Source: Nitrospirota bacterium
GTDB taxonomy: Bacteria; Nitrospirota; JACRHJ01
DNA length: 16,371 nt
NCBI GenBank assembly: GCA_963845245.1
Contig: CAWJRJ010000031.1
Span: 1 to 16,371, forward strand
Reading direction: 5' to 3'
The notes under the pieces were generated by a model, which searched no databases, was not told the origin of the DNA, and saw only the letters and a program-made list of their open reading frames with translations. Below, piece after piece: positions 1 to 16,371 of this stretch; the first letter of the stretch is position 1; each line of letters begins with the position of its first letter. The position numbers and the translations under genes are program-made.

Positions 1-13
1 AGGAGGAATAGCG

Positions 14-1213
14 ATGGCTAAAGAGAAATTTGAGCGTACGAAGCCCCATGTTAACGTAGGTACGATAGGCCACGTTGACCATGGCAAGACGACGTTGACG
101 GCTGCGATAACGAAGACTTTGGCTACGAAGGGCCAGGCGAAGTTTACCGCGTTTGACATGATAGACAAGGCCCCCGAGGAGCGTGAGCGCGGCATCACGA
201 TAGCGACGGCGCATGTCGAGTACGAGACCACGAAGCGGCATTATGCTCATGTTGACTGCCCGGGCCATGCCGACTATGTAAAGAACATGATAACTGGTGC
301 AGCGCAGATGGACGGCGCGATCCTGGTAGTGTCTGCAGCAGACGGCCCGATGCCCCAGACCCGCGAGCACATCCTGCTTGCCCGTCAGGTCGGCGTGCCT
401 TATATAGTAGTGTTCATGAACAAGGTGGACATGGTCGACGACCCCGAGCTTTTGGAGCTTGTCGAGCTTGAGCTTCGTGAGCTTCTTTCGAAGTACGATT
501 TCCCCGGCGACGATATCCCAATCGTCAAGGGCAGCGCGTTGAAGGCTCTTTCTTCAGCCAGCACGGACCCGACGGCTGAGGAGTACAAGTGCATATGGGA
601 GCTGATGGACGCAGTTGACAGCTACATCCCGACGCCTGAGCGTGCGATAGACAAGCCGTTCCTTATGCCTGTCGAGGACGTGTTCACGATCTCCGGGCGC
701 GGCACGGTTGTAACGGGCAGGGTAGAGCGCGGCGTTGTCAAGGTTGGCGAAGAAGTTGAGATAGTCGGTATCCGTGACACGCAGAAGTCGATCGTTACTG
801 GTGTTGAGATGTTCCGCAAGCTTCTTGACCAGGGCCAGGCCGGCGACAACATCGGCGTATTGCTTCGCGGCACGAAGAAGGACGACGTCGAGCGCGGCAT
901 GGTTTTGGCACAGCCGAAGTCGATCAACCCGCACACGAAGTTCAAGGCCGAGGCATACATCCTGACGAAGGAAGAGGGTGGCCGTCATACCCCGTTCTTC
1001 AAGGGTTACCGTCCGCAGTTCTACTTCCGTACGACAGACGTTACGGGCGTTGTGACGTTGCCTGAAGGTGTGGAGATGGTCATGCCTGGCGACAACGTGT
1101 CGATAGAAGTCGAGCTTATCATGCCGATAGCTTGCGAGAAGGAACTTCGCTTCGCCATCCGCGAGGGCGGCCGTACGGTCGGCGCGGGCGTCGTGGCTGA
1201 TATAATACAGTAG
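14..1213 (+). CDS. tuf: Elongation factor Tu
   Basis: 399-aa ORF starting [29 protein letters not shown], with GTPase motifs [13 protein letters not shown] and NKVD and C-terminus [18 protein letters not shown] at 1-6. Confidence 0.99.
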   Translation: MAKEKFERTKPHVNVGTIGHVDHGKTTLTAAITKTLATKGQAKFTAFDMIDKAPEERERGITIATAHVEYETTKRHYAHVDCPGHADYVKNMITGAAQMDGAILVVSAADGPMPQTREHILLARQVGVPYIVVFMNKVDMVDDPELLELVELELRELLSKYDFPGDDIPIVKGSALKALSSASTDPTAEEYKCIWELMDAVDSYIPTPERAIDKPFLMPVEDVFTISGRGTVVTGRVERGVVKVGEEVEIVGIRDTQKSIVTGVEMFRKLLDQGQAGDNIGVLLRGTKKDDVERGMVLAQPKSINPHTKFKAEAYILTKEEGGRHTPFFKGYRPQFYFRTTDVTGVVTLPEGVEMVMPGDNVSIEVELIMPIACEKELRFAIREGGRTVGAGVVADIIQ

Positions 1214-1223
1214 TGCAAAACCG

Positions 1224-1251
1224 TACTTTCTCTCTTCGTAAAGAGAAAGTA
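1224..1251 (+). other. Stem-loop after tuf (possible RNA stability/processing hairpin)
   Basis: Perfect 10-bp inverted repeat TACTTTCTCT (1224-1233) / AGAGAAAGTA (1242-1251) with an 8-nt loop. No U-tract follows, so it is not a classic intrinsic terminator. Confidence 0.5.
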
Positions 1252-1291
1252 ACAGGGACTTTAAATAAATAAAAGATTGGAGCTTTAGAAA

Positions 1292-1444
1292 ATGCGGGAC
1301 ATTATATTGCTTACGTGCCAGACCTGTAAACAGCGCAACTACTCCACCATGAAGAACAAGAAGAACACGACGGAGAAGCTTGAGCTTAAGAAGTACTGCA
1401 AGTTCTGCAGGAACCACACGGCGCACAAGGAAACAAAGGCCTAA
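1292..1444 (+). CDS. rpmG: 50S ribosomal protein L33 (bL33), zinc-binding C+ form; not in the ORF track
   Basis: Translated by hand: [50 protein letters not shown] (50 aa). Contains two CxxC motifs and RNY...KNK...LELKKYC. GGAG SD at 1279-1282. Canonical tuf-rpmG-trpT-secE order. Confidence 0.97.
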   Translation: MRDIILLTCQTCKQRNYSTMKNKKNTTEKLELKKYCKFCRNHTAHKETKA

Positions 1445-1452
1445 AGGCGTAC

Positions 1453-1529
1453 AGGCCAGTAGCTCTAACGGTTAGAGCGCCGGACTCCAAATCCGGGTGT
1501 TGGGGGTTCGAATCCCTCCTGGCCTGCCA
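1453..1529 (+). tRNA. tRNA-Trp (anticodon CCA)
   Basis: Acceptor stem AGGCCAG/CTGGCCT, D arm GCTC..GAGC, anticodon stem CCGGA/TCCGG with loop CT-CCA-AA (CCA at 1487-1489), T loop GGTTCGAATCC, and encoded 3' CCA. Confidence 0.98.
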
Positions 1530-1584
1530 TTTTACCGGGGCCCTCTTTAAGGGGGCCGCTGTTTCCGGAAGGAGAAACCGTACG

Positions 1585-1773
1585 ATGCTGGAGAAATCTA
1601 TAAATTTTCTGAAGGAGTCGAAGACCGAGCTTGGCAAGGTTATATTCCCATCGCGCCAGGAGGTCATAAACTCCACGAGCGTGGTAATACTTTCGGTCGT
1701 AGTCGTTTCGGTCTTTTTGGGCCTTGTCGACTTGGCGCTGTCCAAACTGATGGCAATCATAGTCGTCAGGTAG
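1585..1773 (+). CDS. secE: Preprotein translocase subunit SecE (short, single-TM type)
   Basis: 62 aa with FLKESKTELGKVIFPSRQE (ELxKVxWP-like motif) followed by one hydrophobic helix. AAGGAG SD. Lies between tRNA-Trp and nusG. Confidence 0.95.
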   Translation: MLEKSINFLKESKTELGKVIFPSRQEVINSTSVVILSVVVVSVFLGLVDLALSKLMAIIVVR

Positions 1774-1801
1774 ACTGAATTATACAGAGCATATTGGAGA
1801 G

Positions 1802-2335
1802 ATGATGGAAAAAGCTTGGTATGTGGTACATACCTATTCCGGTTTTGAGGGCAAGGTAAAGGCGAGCATGGAGGAGCGGGCCAAAACCCTGGGCCTTCAG
1901 GACAAGATAAGCCAGATACTGGTGCCCACCGAAGACGTGGTGGAACTCAGGAACGGCAAAAAGCGGACATCTTCCCGCAAGTTCTTCCCCGGCTACATAT
2001 TGGTGGAGATGGAGCTTGACGATTCGACCTGGCATCTGGTAAAGGACACCCCCAAAGTGACAGGTTTTGTCGGCGACAAGCAGAAGCCGTCGCCCATCAC
2101 GGAGGAAGAGGTCGGCCTCATCAGGACGCAGATGGACGAGGGCACGACTCCGGCCAAGAGGGAAGCGGCGTTCAGCCACGGAGACAACGTGCGTATAATA
2201 GACGGGCCGTTCGTAAGCTTTACCGGCTCAGTCGAGGAAGTAAACCTCGACCAGGGCAAGCTGAAGGTTATGGTCTCCATCTTCGGCCGCGCCACCCCCG
2301 TGGAACTCGATTTCCTGCAGGTGGAAAAGGCATAA
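1802..2335 (+). CDS. nusG: Transcription termination/antitermination factor NusG
   Basis: [12 protein letters not shown]-terminus, [13 protein letters not shown] motif [11 protein letters not shown] and [12 protein letters not shown]. The start may be the second ATG at 1805. Confidence 0.98.
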   Translation: MMEKAWYVVHTYSGFEGKVKASMEERAKTLGLQDKISQILVPTEDVVELRNGKKRTSSRKFFPGYILVEMELDDSTWHLVKDTPKVTGFVGDKQKPSPITEEEVGLIRTQMDEGTTPAKREAAFSHGDNVRIIDGPFVSFTGSVEEVNLDQGKLKVMVSIFGRATPVELDFLQVEKA

Positions 2336-2351
2336 TAAAAATCCATGCGAC

Positions 2352-2392
2352 GCGGTGCGCGGGAGGGTCCCGTGCGCTTCTACCGCCAGCAC
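2352..2392 (+). promoter_or_regulatory. Structured rplK leader, candidate L1 (uL1) autoregulatory binding site
   Basis: GCGGGAG (2359-2365) ... TACCGC (2381-2386) resembles the GYGGGAG...UACCRC L1-binding motif of 23S rRNA and L11-operon leaders. An alternative hairpin GCGCGGGA/TCCCGTGC is also possible. Confidence 0.5.
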
Positions 2393-2442
2393 GGTTCTAA
2401 TATACGGTTAAAGAATTAAAATAATATAAGGAGTGCCATAAA

Positions 2443-2865
2443 ATGCCAAAGAAGGAAATAACAGGTTACGTAAAGCTGCAGATAACAGCGGGCAAAGCGA
2501 ACCCGGCTCCCCCGGTGGGCCCGGCCCTCGGCCAGCACGGCGTCAACATAATGCAGTTCTGCAAAGACTATAACGCGCAGACGCAGGGTATGGAAGGCAT
2601 CACCCCTGTCCTCATCACAATATACAGCGACAGGACATTCACCTTCGTCCTGAAGACCCAGCCGGCATCCGAGCTTCTTAAGAAGGCCGCCGGTATAGTC
2701 AAGGGCTCCGGCTCACCCCGCAAAGACAAGGTGGGCAAGGTTACTGCTGCCCAGGTCGCAGAGATAGCCAAGATCAAGATGCCTGACATCAACGCGGTTG
2801 ATATAGCAGGCGCGATAAAGATCGTCGAAGGCACCGCCCGCAGCATGGGCATAGAAGTAGTCTAA
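2443..2865 (+). CDS. rplK: 50S ribosomal protein L11 (uL11)
   Basis: [26 protein letters not shown] and [10 protein letters not shown] motifs. TAAGGAG SD. Confidence 0.99.
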   Translation: MPKKEITGYVKLQITAGKANPAPPVGPALGQHGVNIMQFCKDYNAQTQGMEGITPVLITIYSDRTFTFVLKTQPASELLKKAAGIVKGSGSPRKDKVGKVTAAQVAEIAKIKMPDINAVDIAGAIKIVEGTARSMGIEVV

Positions 2866-2975
2866 TGCATTTCAGGCCGCCGGGAACTACCGCCGCCCGG
2901 GCATCGGCATCATTATCTTGGCGGGAGACTAAGGGGCAGAGCGTTACCTGGCCCCGCATCGAAAGGGATACTTCA

Positions 2976-3674
2976 ATGAAGCAGAAAAAACTGAAAGCCA
3001 GCCTGGCAAAGGTAGACAAGAACAAGGCATACACCATCGGTGAAGCGATGGCGCTCGCCAAGGAGTGCTCGTACACCAAGTTCGACGAGTCTGTCGACAT
3101 AGTCGTCATGCTGGGCGTTGACCCGAAGCGTTCCGACCAGATGGTCAGGGGCTCTGTGCCGCTGCCGCACGGCACCGGGAAGACCGTCAGGGTGCTTGCC
3201 TTCGCAAAGGGCGAAAAGGAGAGGGAGGCGATGGACGCCGGTGCCGACTTCTCGGGCGGTGACGAACTGGTCGCCAAGATACAGGGCGGCTGGATGGACT
3301 TTGACCGCGTCGTCGCCACGCCTGACATGATGGGCTCTGTCGGCAAGCTCGGCAAGCTCCTCGGCCCGCGCGGCCTCATGCCGAACCCCAAGGTCGGCAC
3401 GGTCACCATGGACATAGGCAGGGCGATCAAGGAGATAAAGGCCGGTAAGGTCGAGTTCAGGGTCGAAAAGGCCGGCATAGTACACGTCGGGATAGGCAAG
3501 GCCTCTTTCGAGCCGAATCAGCTTGTCGAGAACGCCATGTCAGTCGTCGAGGCGCTCCAGAAGGCGAAGCCCGCTACCAGCAAGGGCAAATACATGAAAA
3601 AGATATGCGTATCGACCACGATGGGCCCGGGCATAAAGGTTGACGTCACCCAGACCCTGTTGTCGGTATCATAA
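2976..3674 (+). CDS. rplA: 50S ribosomal protein L1 (uL1)
   Basis: [39 protein letters not shown] and STTMGPG motifs. The true start is most likely the ATG at 2976 (AAGGGA SD, 232 aa) rather than the track start at 2865. Confidence 0.97.
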   Translation: MKQKKLKASLAKVDKNKAYTIGEAMALAKECSYTKFDESVDIVVMLGVDPKRSDQMVRGSVPLPHGTGKTVRVLAFAKGEKEREAMDAGADFSGGDELVAKIQGGWMDFDRVVATPDMMGSVGKLGKLLGPRGLMPNPKVGTVTMDIGRAIKEIKAGKVEFRVEKAGIVHVGIGKASFEPNQLVENAMSVVEALQKAKPATSKGKYMKKICVSTTMGPGIKVDVTQTLLSVS

Positions 3675-3714
3675 ATAACAAAGGTCGATAGCCTGTAGAG
3701 GCAAACGAAATCTT

Positions 3715-3797
3715 GAGTTGAAGACAGCAGGAGGGGCGCGGAAGAGTATGTGTTCTCCGTCCTTTAATTGGCCGAAGTGGCCGTCCCGCCGAGACGC
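3715..3797 (+). promoter_or_regulatory. L10 leader RNA (rplJ-rplL autoregulatory element bound by the L10-L12 complex)
   Basis: Contains GAAGACAGCAGG (3720-3731) ... TTTAAT ... CCCGCCGAGAC (3785-3795), the characteristic AGAC.GYAGG / UUAA / CCYRCNNAG pattern of L10 leaders, directly upstream of rplJ. Confidence 0.8.
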
Positions 3798-3848
3798 AAG
3801 GAAAGACCTTAAAGCTTTCCCTGTCATTCGACTTGGAAAGGGGGTTTA

Positions 3849-4365
3849 ATGAACAAGGAACAGAAACAGGAATTAGTCAAAGAGCTGCACGGCAAGTTCG
3901 AGAAGGCAAAGGCCACGATACTCACCGAGTACAAGGGCCTTACCGTCGCCGAGATTACGGACCTCAGAAACGAGCTCCGCAAGAACCAGCTTGAATACAG
4001 GGTGGTCAAAAACACCCTGGCGATCAGGGCCGCGATCCGGAACAGACGCGGATAAACTGAAGGACCACCTGCAGGGACCGACAGGCATGGTCCTGGGTTA
4101 CGGAGACCCGGTGTCGCCTTCAAAGGCGATAATGGAGTTCGCCAAGAAGAACGCCAAACTGAAGGTAAAGATAGGGCTTATCGAAGGACAGCTGGCGGAC
4201 GAGAATCAGCTCAAGGCGATTGCGTCCCTGCCGTCCCGTGAAGAGCTTCTTTCCAGGATGGCCGCGGGCTTCCAGGCTCCGGCAAGCCAGATGGTAAGGC
4301 TGCTCAGCGCGACCGTGGCAAGGCTCGGTTACGCATTGACGGCGCTTAAAGAGAAAAAAGCATAA
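3849..4365 (+). CDS. rplJ: 50S ribosomal protein L10 (uL10), with one apparent +1 frameshift near 4035
   Basis: The N-half (EYKGLTVAEITDLRNELR...VVKNTLA) is in the 3849 frame and the C-half (GPTG...LPSREELLS) is in the 3991 frame. Removing one base at GCG[A]TCC (about 4035) gives a continuous 171-aa L10. Confidence 0.93.
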
Positions 4366-4401
4366 CTTAATAATTTACAGTTTGAATGAGGAGAATATAA
4401 A

Positions 4402-4785
4402 ATGGCAGACGTAACCAAGGATCAGGTATTCGGGTTTATAGACAACATGACGATACTCCAGATGAGCGAGTTCATCAAGGAGTTCGAGGAGAGGTACGGC
4501 GTTACCGCCGCCGCCCCGGTTGCGGTCGCCGCCGCCGCGGGTGGAGCTGCCCCCGCTGCCGCCGAAGAGGAGAAGACCGCCTTCGACGTTATACTTACCG
4601 CCGCGGGCGACAAGAAGATACAGGTCATCAAGGTCGTGCGTGAGCTGACCGGCCTTGGCCTCAAGGAGGCGAAGGACCTGGTTGACGGCGCCCCGAAGGA
4701 ACTCAAGGGCGGCGTGTCCAAGGACGAGGCCGAGTCGATGAAGGCGAAGCTTGTCGAGCAGGGCGCTTCCGTAGAGATAAAGTAG
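4402..4785 (+). CDS. rplL: 50S ribosomal protein L7/L12 (bL12)
   Basis: Ala-rich hinge [24 protein letters not shown] and [35 protein letters not shown]. Confidence 0.99.
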   Translation: MADVTKDQVFGFIDNMTILQMSEFIKEFEERYGVTAAAPVAVAAAAGGAAPAAAEEEKTAFDVILTAAGDKKIQVIKVVRELTGLGLKEAKDLVDGAPKELKGGVSKDEAESMKAKLVEQGASVEIK

Positions 4786-4795
4786 TAATACAACG

Positions 4796-4852
4796 GCTGT
4801 TGGTCTGAAGGGGCACGGATGCGCCCCTTCGGCCGACGGCGTTTTCTTTTTT
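4796..4852 (+). terminator. Intrinsic terminator/attenuator between rplL and rpoB
   Basis: Long stem GCTGTTGGTC-T-GAAGGGGC / GCCCCTTC-GGCCGACGGC (with G-U pairs) followed by GTTTTCTTTTTT. Same position as the known rplL-rpoB attenuator of E. coli. Confidence 0.8.
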
Positions 4853-4909
4853 GGTTTGAAAGACAAACGGTCCCCGTGAGGGGACAAACCGAAGTATCAA
4901 GGAGAGTAG

Positions 4910-8872
<3,963 letters not shown>

Positions 8873-8878
8873 CAATAA

Positions 8879-13132
<4,254 letters not shown>

Positions 13133-13154
13133 GCCTCTCGCATTAGAGTAAAAT

Positions 13155-13201
13155 ACGGGACGCCTCCGGGCTCTTTTCCGAAGGTGTCCCGTTTATTTTT
13201 T
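13155..13201 (+). terminator. Intrinsic terminator after rpoC
   Basis: Stem ACGGGACGCCT / AGGTGTCCCGT (11 bp, one G-U, extendable inward) followed by TTATTTTTT. Confidence 0.88.
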
Positions 13202-13228
13202 AAAAGTTTTGTGTGGCGCAAATAAAGC

Positions 13229-13258
13229 TTGACACTGATGAGCTAATTTTGCTATAAT
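13229..13258 (+). promoter_or_regulatory. Consensus sigma70 promoter of the str operon (rpsL-rpsG-fusA)
   Basis: TTGACA (13229-13234), 18-nt spacer, TG-n extended -10 and TATAAT (13253-13258), followed by a GC-rich discriminator CCGCAG. It lies just after the rpoC terminator. Confidence 0.9.
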
Positions 13259-13346
13259 CCGCAGGTTTTTTCGAGAAAGAGTTAATACTGCTAACTACGC
13301 GAAAAACAGCATTTTTTAGACTGCAATCGATTTTGGAGGTTTGGAA

Positions 13347-13724
13347 GTGCCAACGATAAACCAGTTAGTCAGGCACGGCAGGGAAAAGGCCATCTTGAAG
13401 AGCAAGAGCCCGGCGCTGAAGAGCTGTCCCCAGAAGAGGGGCGTCTGCGTCAGGGTTTACACCACAACCCCTAAGAAGCCGAACTCGGCGCTTAGGAAGG
13501 TTGCCAGGGTCAGGCTTACAAACGGCATGGAGGTCACTACCTACATACCGGGCGTGGGCCACAACCTTCAGGAGCACTCCATCGTCCTCATAAGGGGCGG
13601 CAGGGTCAAGGACTTACCTGGCGTAAGGTACCATATAATACGCGGCACCCTGGACACCACCGGCGTCGCGAACAGGAAGCAGGGCCGTTCCAAGTACGGC
13701 GCCAAGAGGCCCAAGGCGAAATAG
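13347..13724 (+). CDS. rpsL: 30S ribosomal protein S12 (uS12)
   Basis: MPTINQLVR...CPQKRGVC...[17 protein letters not shown]...[12 protein letters not shown]. The start is most likely GTG at 13347 (GGAGG at 13335-13339, 7-nt spacing) rather than TTG at 13341. Confidence 0.98.
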   Translation: MPTINQLVRHGREKAILKSKSPALKSCPQKRGVCVRVYTTTPKKPNSALRKVARVRLTNGMEVTTYIPGVGHNLQEHSIVLIRGGRVKDLPGVRYHIIRGTLDTTGVANRKQGRSKYGAKRPKAK

Positions 13725-13735
13725 GGGGAGAGAGT

Positions 13736-14206
13736 ATGCCGAGAAGAAGAGAAGTACCCAAAAGAGAAATACTGCCGGACCCCAAGTTCAACAACAAGCT
13801 TGTCGGCAAGTTCATGAACTGCCTGATGGTTGAGGGCAAGAAGAGCGTCGCCGAGAAGATTGTGTACGGCGCCTTCGACATTATAAAGGACAAGACTGGC
13901 GGTGACCCGCTCAAGATGTTCAAGACGGCGATAGACAACGTCAAGCCTGCCGTCGAGGTCAAGTCCCGCAGGGTCGGCGGCGCCTCCTATCAGGTGCCGG
14001 TGGACATCCGCCCGAACAGAAGGGTGGCGCTCGGTATCAGGTGGCTCATCAACTTCTCCAGGAAGCGGGGCGAGAAGACCATGAGGGAGCGCTTTGCGGC
14101 CGAGCTTATGGACGCCGCGAACAACACGGGTGCGGCAGTCAGGAAAAAAGACGACACCCACAAGATGGCCGAGGCGAACAAGGCTTTCGCCCATTACAGA
14201 TGGTAA
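13736..14206 (+). CDS. rpsG: 30S ribosomal protein S7 (uS7)
   Basis: [31 protein letters not shown] and [15 protein letters not shown]. Confidence 0.99.
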   Translation: MPRRREVPKREILPDPKFNNKLVGKFMNCLMVEGKKSVAEKIVYGAFDIIKDKTGGDPLKMFKTAIDNVKPAVEVKSRRVGGASYQVPVDIRPNRRVALGIRWLINFSRKRGEKTMRERFAAELMDAANNTGAAVRKKDDTHKMAEANKAFAHYRW

Positions 14207-14257
14207 TAATAAATATGTCTTCAAGTTTTTGAAAAGACAGTCGGAGGCAAGCAGAAG

Positions 14258-16342
14258 TTGAAGAGGCAGTTCCCATTAGAAGATTACCGTAATATAGGAA
14301 TAATGGCTCACATCGACGCGGGCAAGACCACGACGACAGAGCGCATCCTGTATTATACCGGTGTTTCTTATAAAATAGGCGAAGTTCACGAAGGCACGGC
14401 CGTCATGGACTGGATGGTCCAGGAGCAGGAGCGTGGAATAACCATCACCTCCGCCGCAACCACCTGTGCATGGAAGGGCAAGCGCATAAATATAATTGAC
14501 ACCCCCGGGCACGTCGATTTCACCATTGAAGTCGAGCGTTCACTCAGGGTACTCGACGGCGCTGTCGCGGTATTCGACTCCGTCGCCGGCGTCGAGCCCC
14601 AGTCCGAGACGGTCTGGCGTCAGGCGGAAAAGTACGGGGTACCCCGTATCGCGTTCATGAACAAGATGGACAGGACGGGCGCGGACTTCTATAAATCAGT
14701 TAAGAGCATGGTTGACCGCCTTGGTGCGAACCCGGTGCCCATCCAGATACCGGTTGGCCGCGAGGAAAACTTCAAGGGCGTAGTTGACCTTGTTCGGATG
14801 AAGGCTATACTTTTCGAGGATGAGGCTCTTGGCGCGAACTTCTACCGAAGTTGACATCCCGGCAGGACATGACTGCACAGGCCAACGAGTATCGCGAGAA
14901 GATGCTCGAGTCGCTTTCCGATGTCGATGACTCCCTTATGGAGAAGTTCCTCGGCGGCGAGAAGATTGCCGAGGAAGAGGTAAAGGCGGCTATCAGGAAG
15001 GGCACGATTGCGCTTACTATCACGCCGATACTCTGCGGCACGGCATTCAAGAACAAGGGCGTACAGCCCCTGCTTGATGCGGTTATCGACTATCTCCCGT
15101 CACCGCTCGACGTCCCGCCGGTAACTGGTATCAAGCCGGGTGAAGACGAAGAGATCGTGAGGAAGCCTGATGATAGCGAGCCGTTCTCTGCACTCGCCTT
15201 CAAAATCATGACCGACCCGTTCGTCGGCCAGCTCACCTTCTTCAGGGTCTATTCCGGATCTGCCAGCGCAGGCTCTTATATACAGAATGCAACAAAGGAT
15301 AAAAAAGAGCGCCTCGGCCGCATCTTGAAGATGCATGCCAACAAGCGCGAAGATATAAGTGAGGTTATGGCGGGTGATATTGCCGCGGCGGTCGGTCTGA
15401 AGATATACCACCACGGGCGATACTCTCTGCGATCCCAGCCACCCTGTCATCCTTGAGGCGATGGAGTTCCCGGAACCGGTTATATCGGTCGCGATCGAGC
15501 CCAAGACCAAGGTTGACCAGGAGAGGCTTGGACAGTCCCTTGCAAAGCTCGCGCAGGAGGACCCGTCCTTCCGTGTGAGGACGGACGAAGAGACCAGCCA
15601 GACGATCATAGCCGGTATGGGCGAGCTGCACCTCGAGATAATCGTCGACAGGCTGCTCCGCGAGTTCAAGGTGGACGCGAATGTCGGCAAGCCGCAGGTC
15701 GCATACCGCGAGACGATACGCAAAAAGGTTGAATCCGAAGGCAAGTTCGTACGCCAGAGCGGCGGCCGCGGCCAGTTCGGCCATGTATGGCTGACCATAG
15801 AGCCGAACGAGCCCGGTAAAGGTTATGAATTTGTTAATAAAATCGTCGGCGGTTCAGTCCCCAGGGAATACATACCTGCAGTAGATAAAGGTATCGCTGA
15901 GGCGCTTGACGGCGGCGTCCTTGCCGGCTACCCGATGGTAGACATCAAGGTCACACTCTTTGACGGTTCATACCACGAGGTCGATTCCTCCGAAATGGCA
16001 TTCAAGATCGCCGGCTCCATGGGCTTCAAGGCGGGCGCGGCGAAGGCCGGGGCCGTACTGCTCGAGCCTGTCATGTCGGTCGAGGTTGTCGTACCCGAGG
16101 AATACATGGGCGACGTCATAGGCGACCTGAACTCAAGGCGCGGCAAGATACAGGGCATGGAGCCCCGCGGTACCGCCCAGGTCATACAGGCGATGGTCCC
16201 GCTTTCCCAGATGTTCGGTTATTCGACCGACCTTAGGTCTGCGACCCAGGGCAGGGCGACCTACACCATGCAGTTTGCGCATTACGAAGAGGTTCCAAAG
16301 AGCTTGGCCGAGGAGATAATCGCCAAGGTCAAGGGCGAATAG
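14258..16342 (+). CDS. fusA: Elongation factor G, with three apparent +1 frameshifts
   Basis: TTG start with GGAGG SD. Contains [47 protein letters not shown] and GSYHEVDSS. Extra bases at about 14843-14846, 14865 and 15403. The corrected reading (..(T/Y)EVDIPADMTAQA.. and ..[13 protein letters not shown]..) gives about 693 aa. Confidence 0.96.
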
Positions 16343-16371
16343 TTTAAAAGAACAAAGGTTATTTACTCATA

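Noticed and set aside
1539..1557. GC hairpin after tRNA-Trp as a terminator
   Set aside because: The stem GGCCCTCT/AGGGGGCC exists, but no immediate U-tract follows and secE comes co-directionally right after. At most it is a processing or stability hairpin.
2194..2199. TATAAT inside nusG as an rplK promoter
   Set aside because: There is no correctly placed TG extension or convincing -35, and it is explained by CGT ATA ATA codons.
4500..4570. GCC-rich low-complexity repeat in rplL
   Set aside because: It encodes the normal Ala-rich hinge of L7/L12.
4860..4895. Resemblance of ACAAAC...GNRA hairpin...GGAC to a c-di-GMP-I riboswitch P1
   Set aside because: The GGCAAAC/GACGCAAAG core and the second stem with its tetraloop receptor are missing, and there is no room for them before the rpoB start.

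Overview
This window is a bacterial core translation/transcription cluster, entirely on the + strand: tuf - rpmG (C+ zinc form) - tRNA-Trp(CCA) - secE - nusG - rplK - rplA - [L10 leader] - rplJ - rplL - [terminator/attenuator] - rpoB - rpoC - [terminator, consensus sigma70 promoter] - rpsL - rpsG - fusA. I see no mobile elements, CRISPR arrays or accessory genes. rplJ (1 shift), rpoC (about 9) and fusA (3) are broken by 1-2 nt indels. Corrected by eye, these give full-length conserved proteins, so they are most likely read or assembly errors. Four things stand out. (i) Joining the last base to the first base recreates a canonical fusA-tuf junction with a perfect TAAGGAGG Shine-Dalgarno, which suggests a circular unit bounded by the two tuf copies. 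(ii) The RpoC C-terminal region has a diverged in-frame 32-aa tandem duplication. (iii) The same two L1-site-like motifs occur both upstream of rplK and, in reversed order, upstream of rplA. (iv) ATA Ile codons are used heavily even in tuf. The protein features suggest a Nitrospirota- or Desulfobacterota-like organism, which is inference only. I did not find a convincing new multi-gene system.
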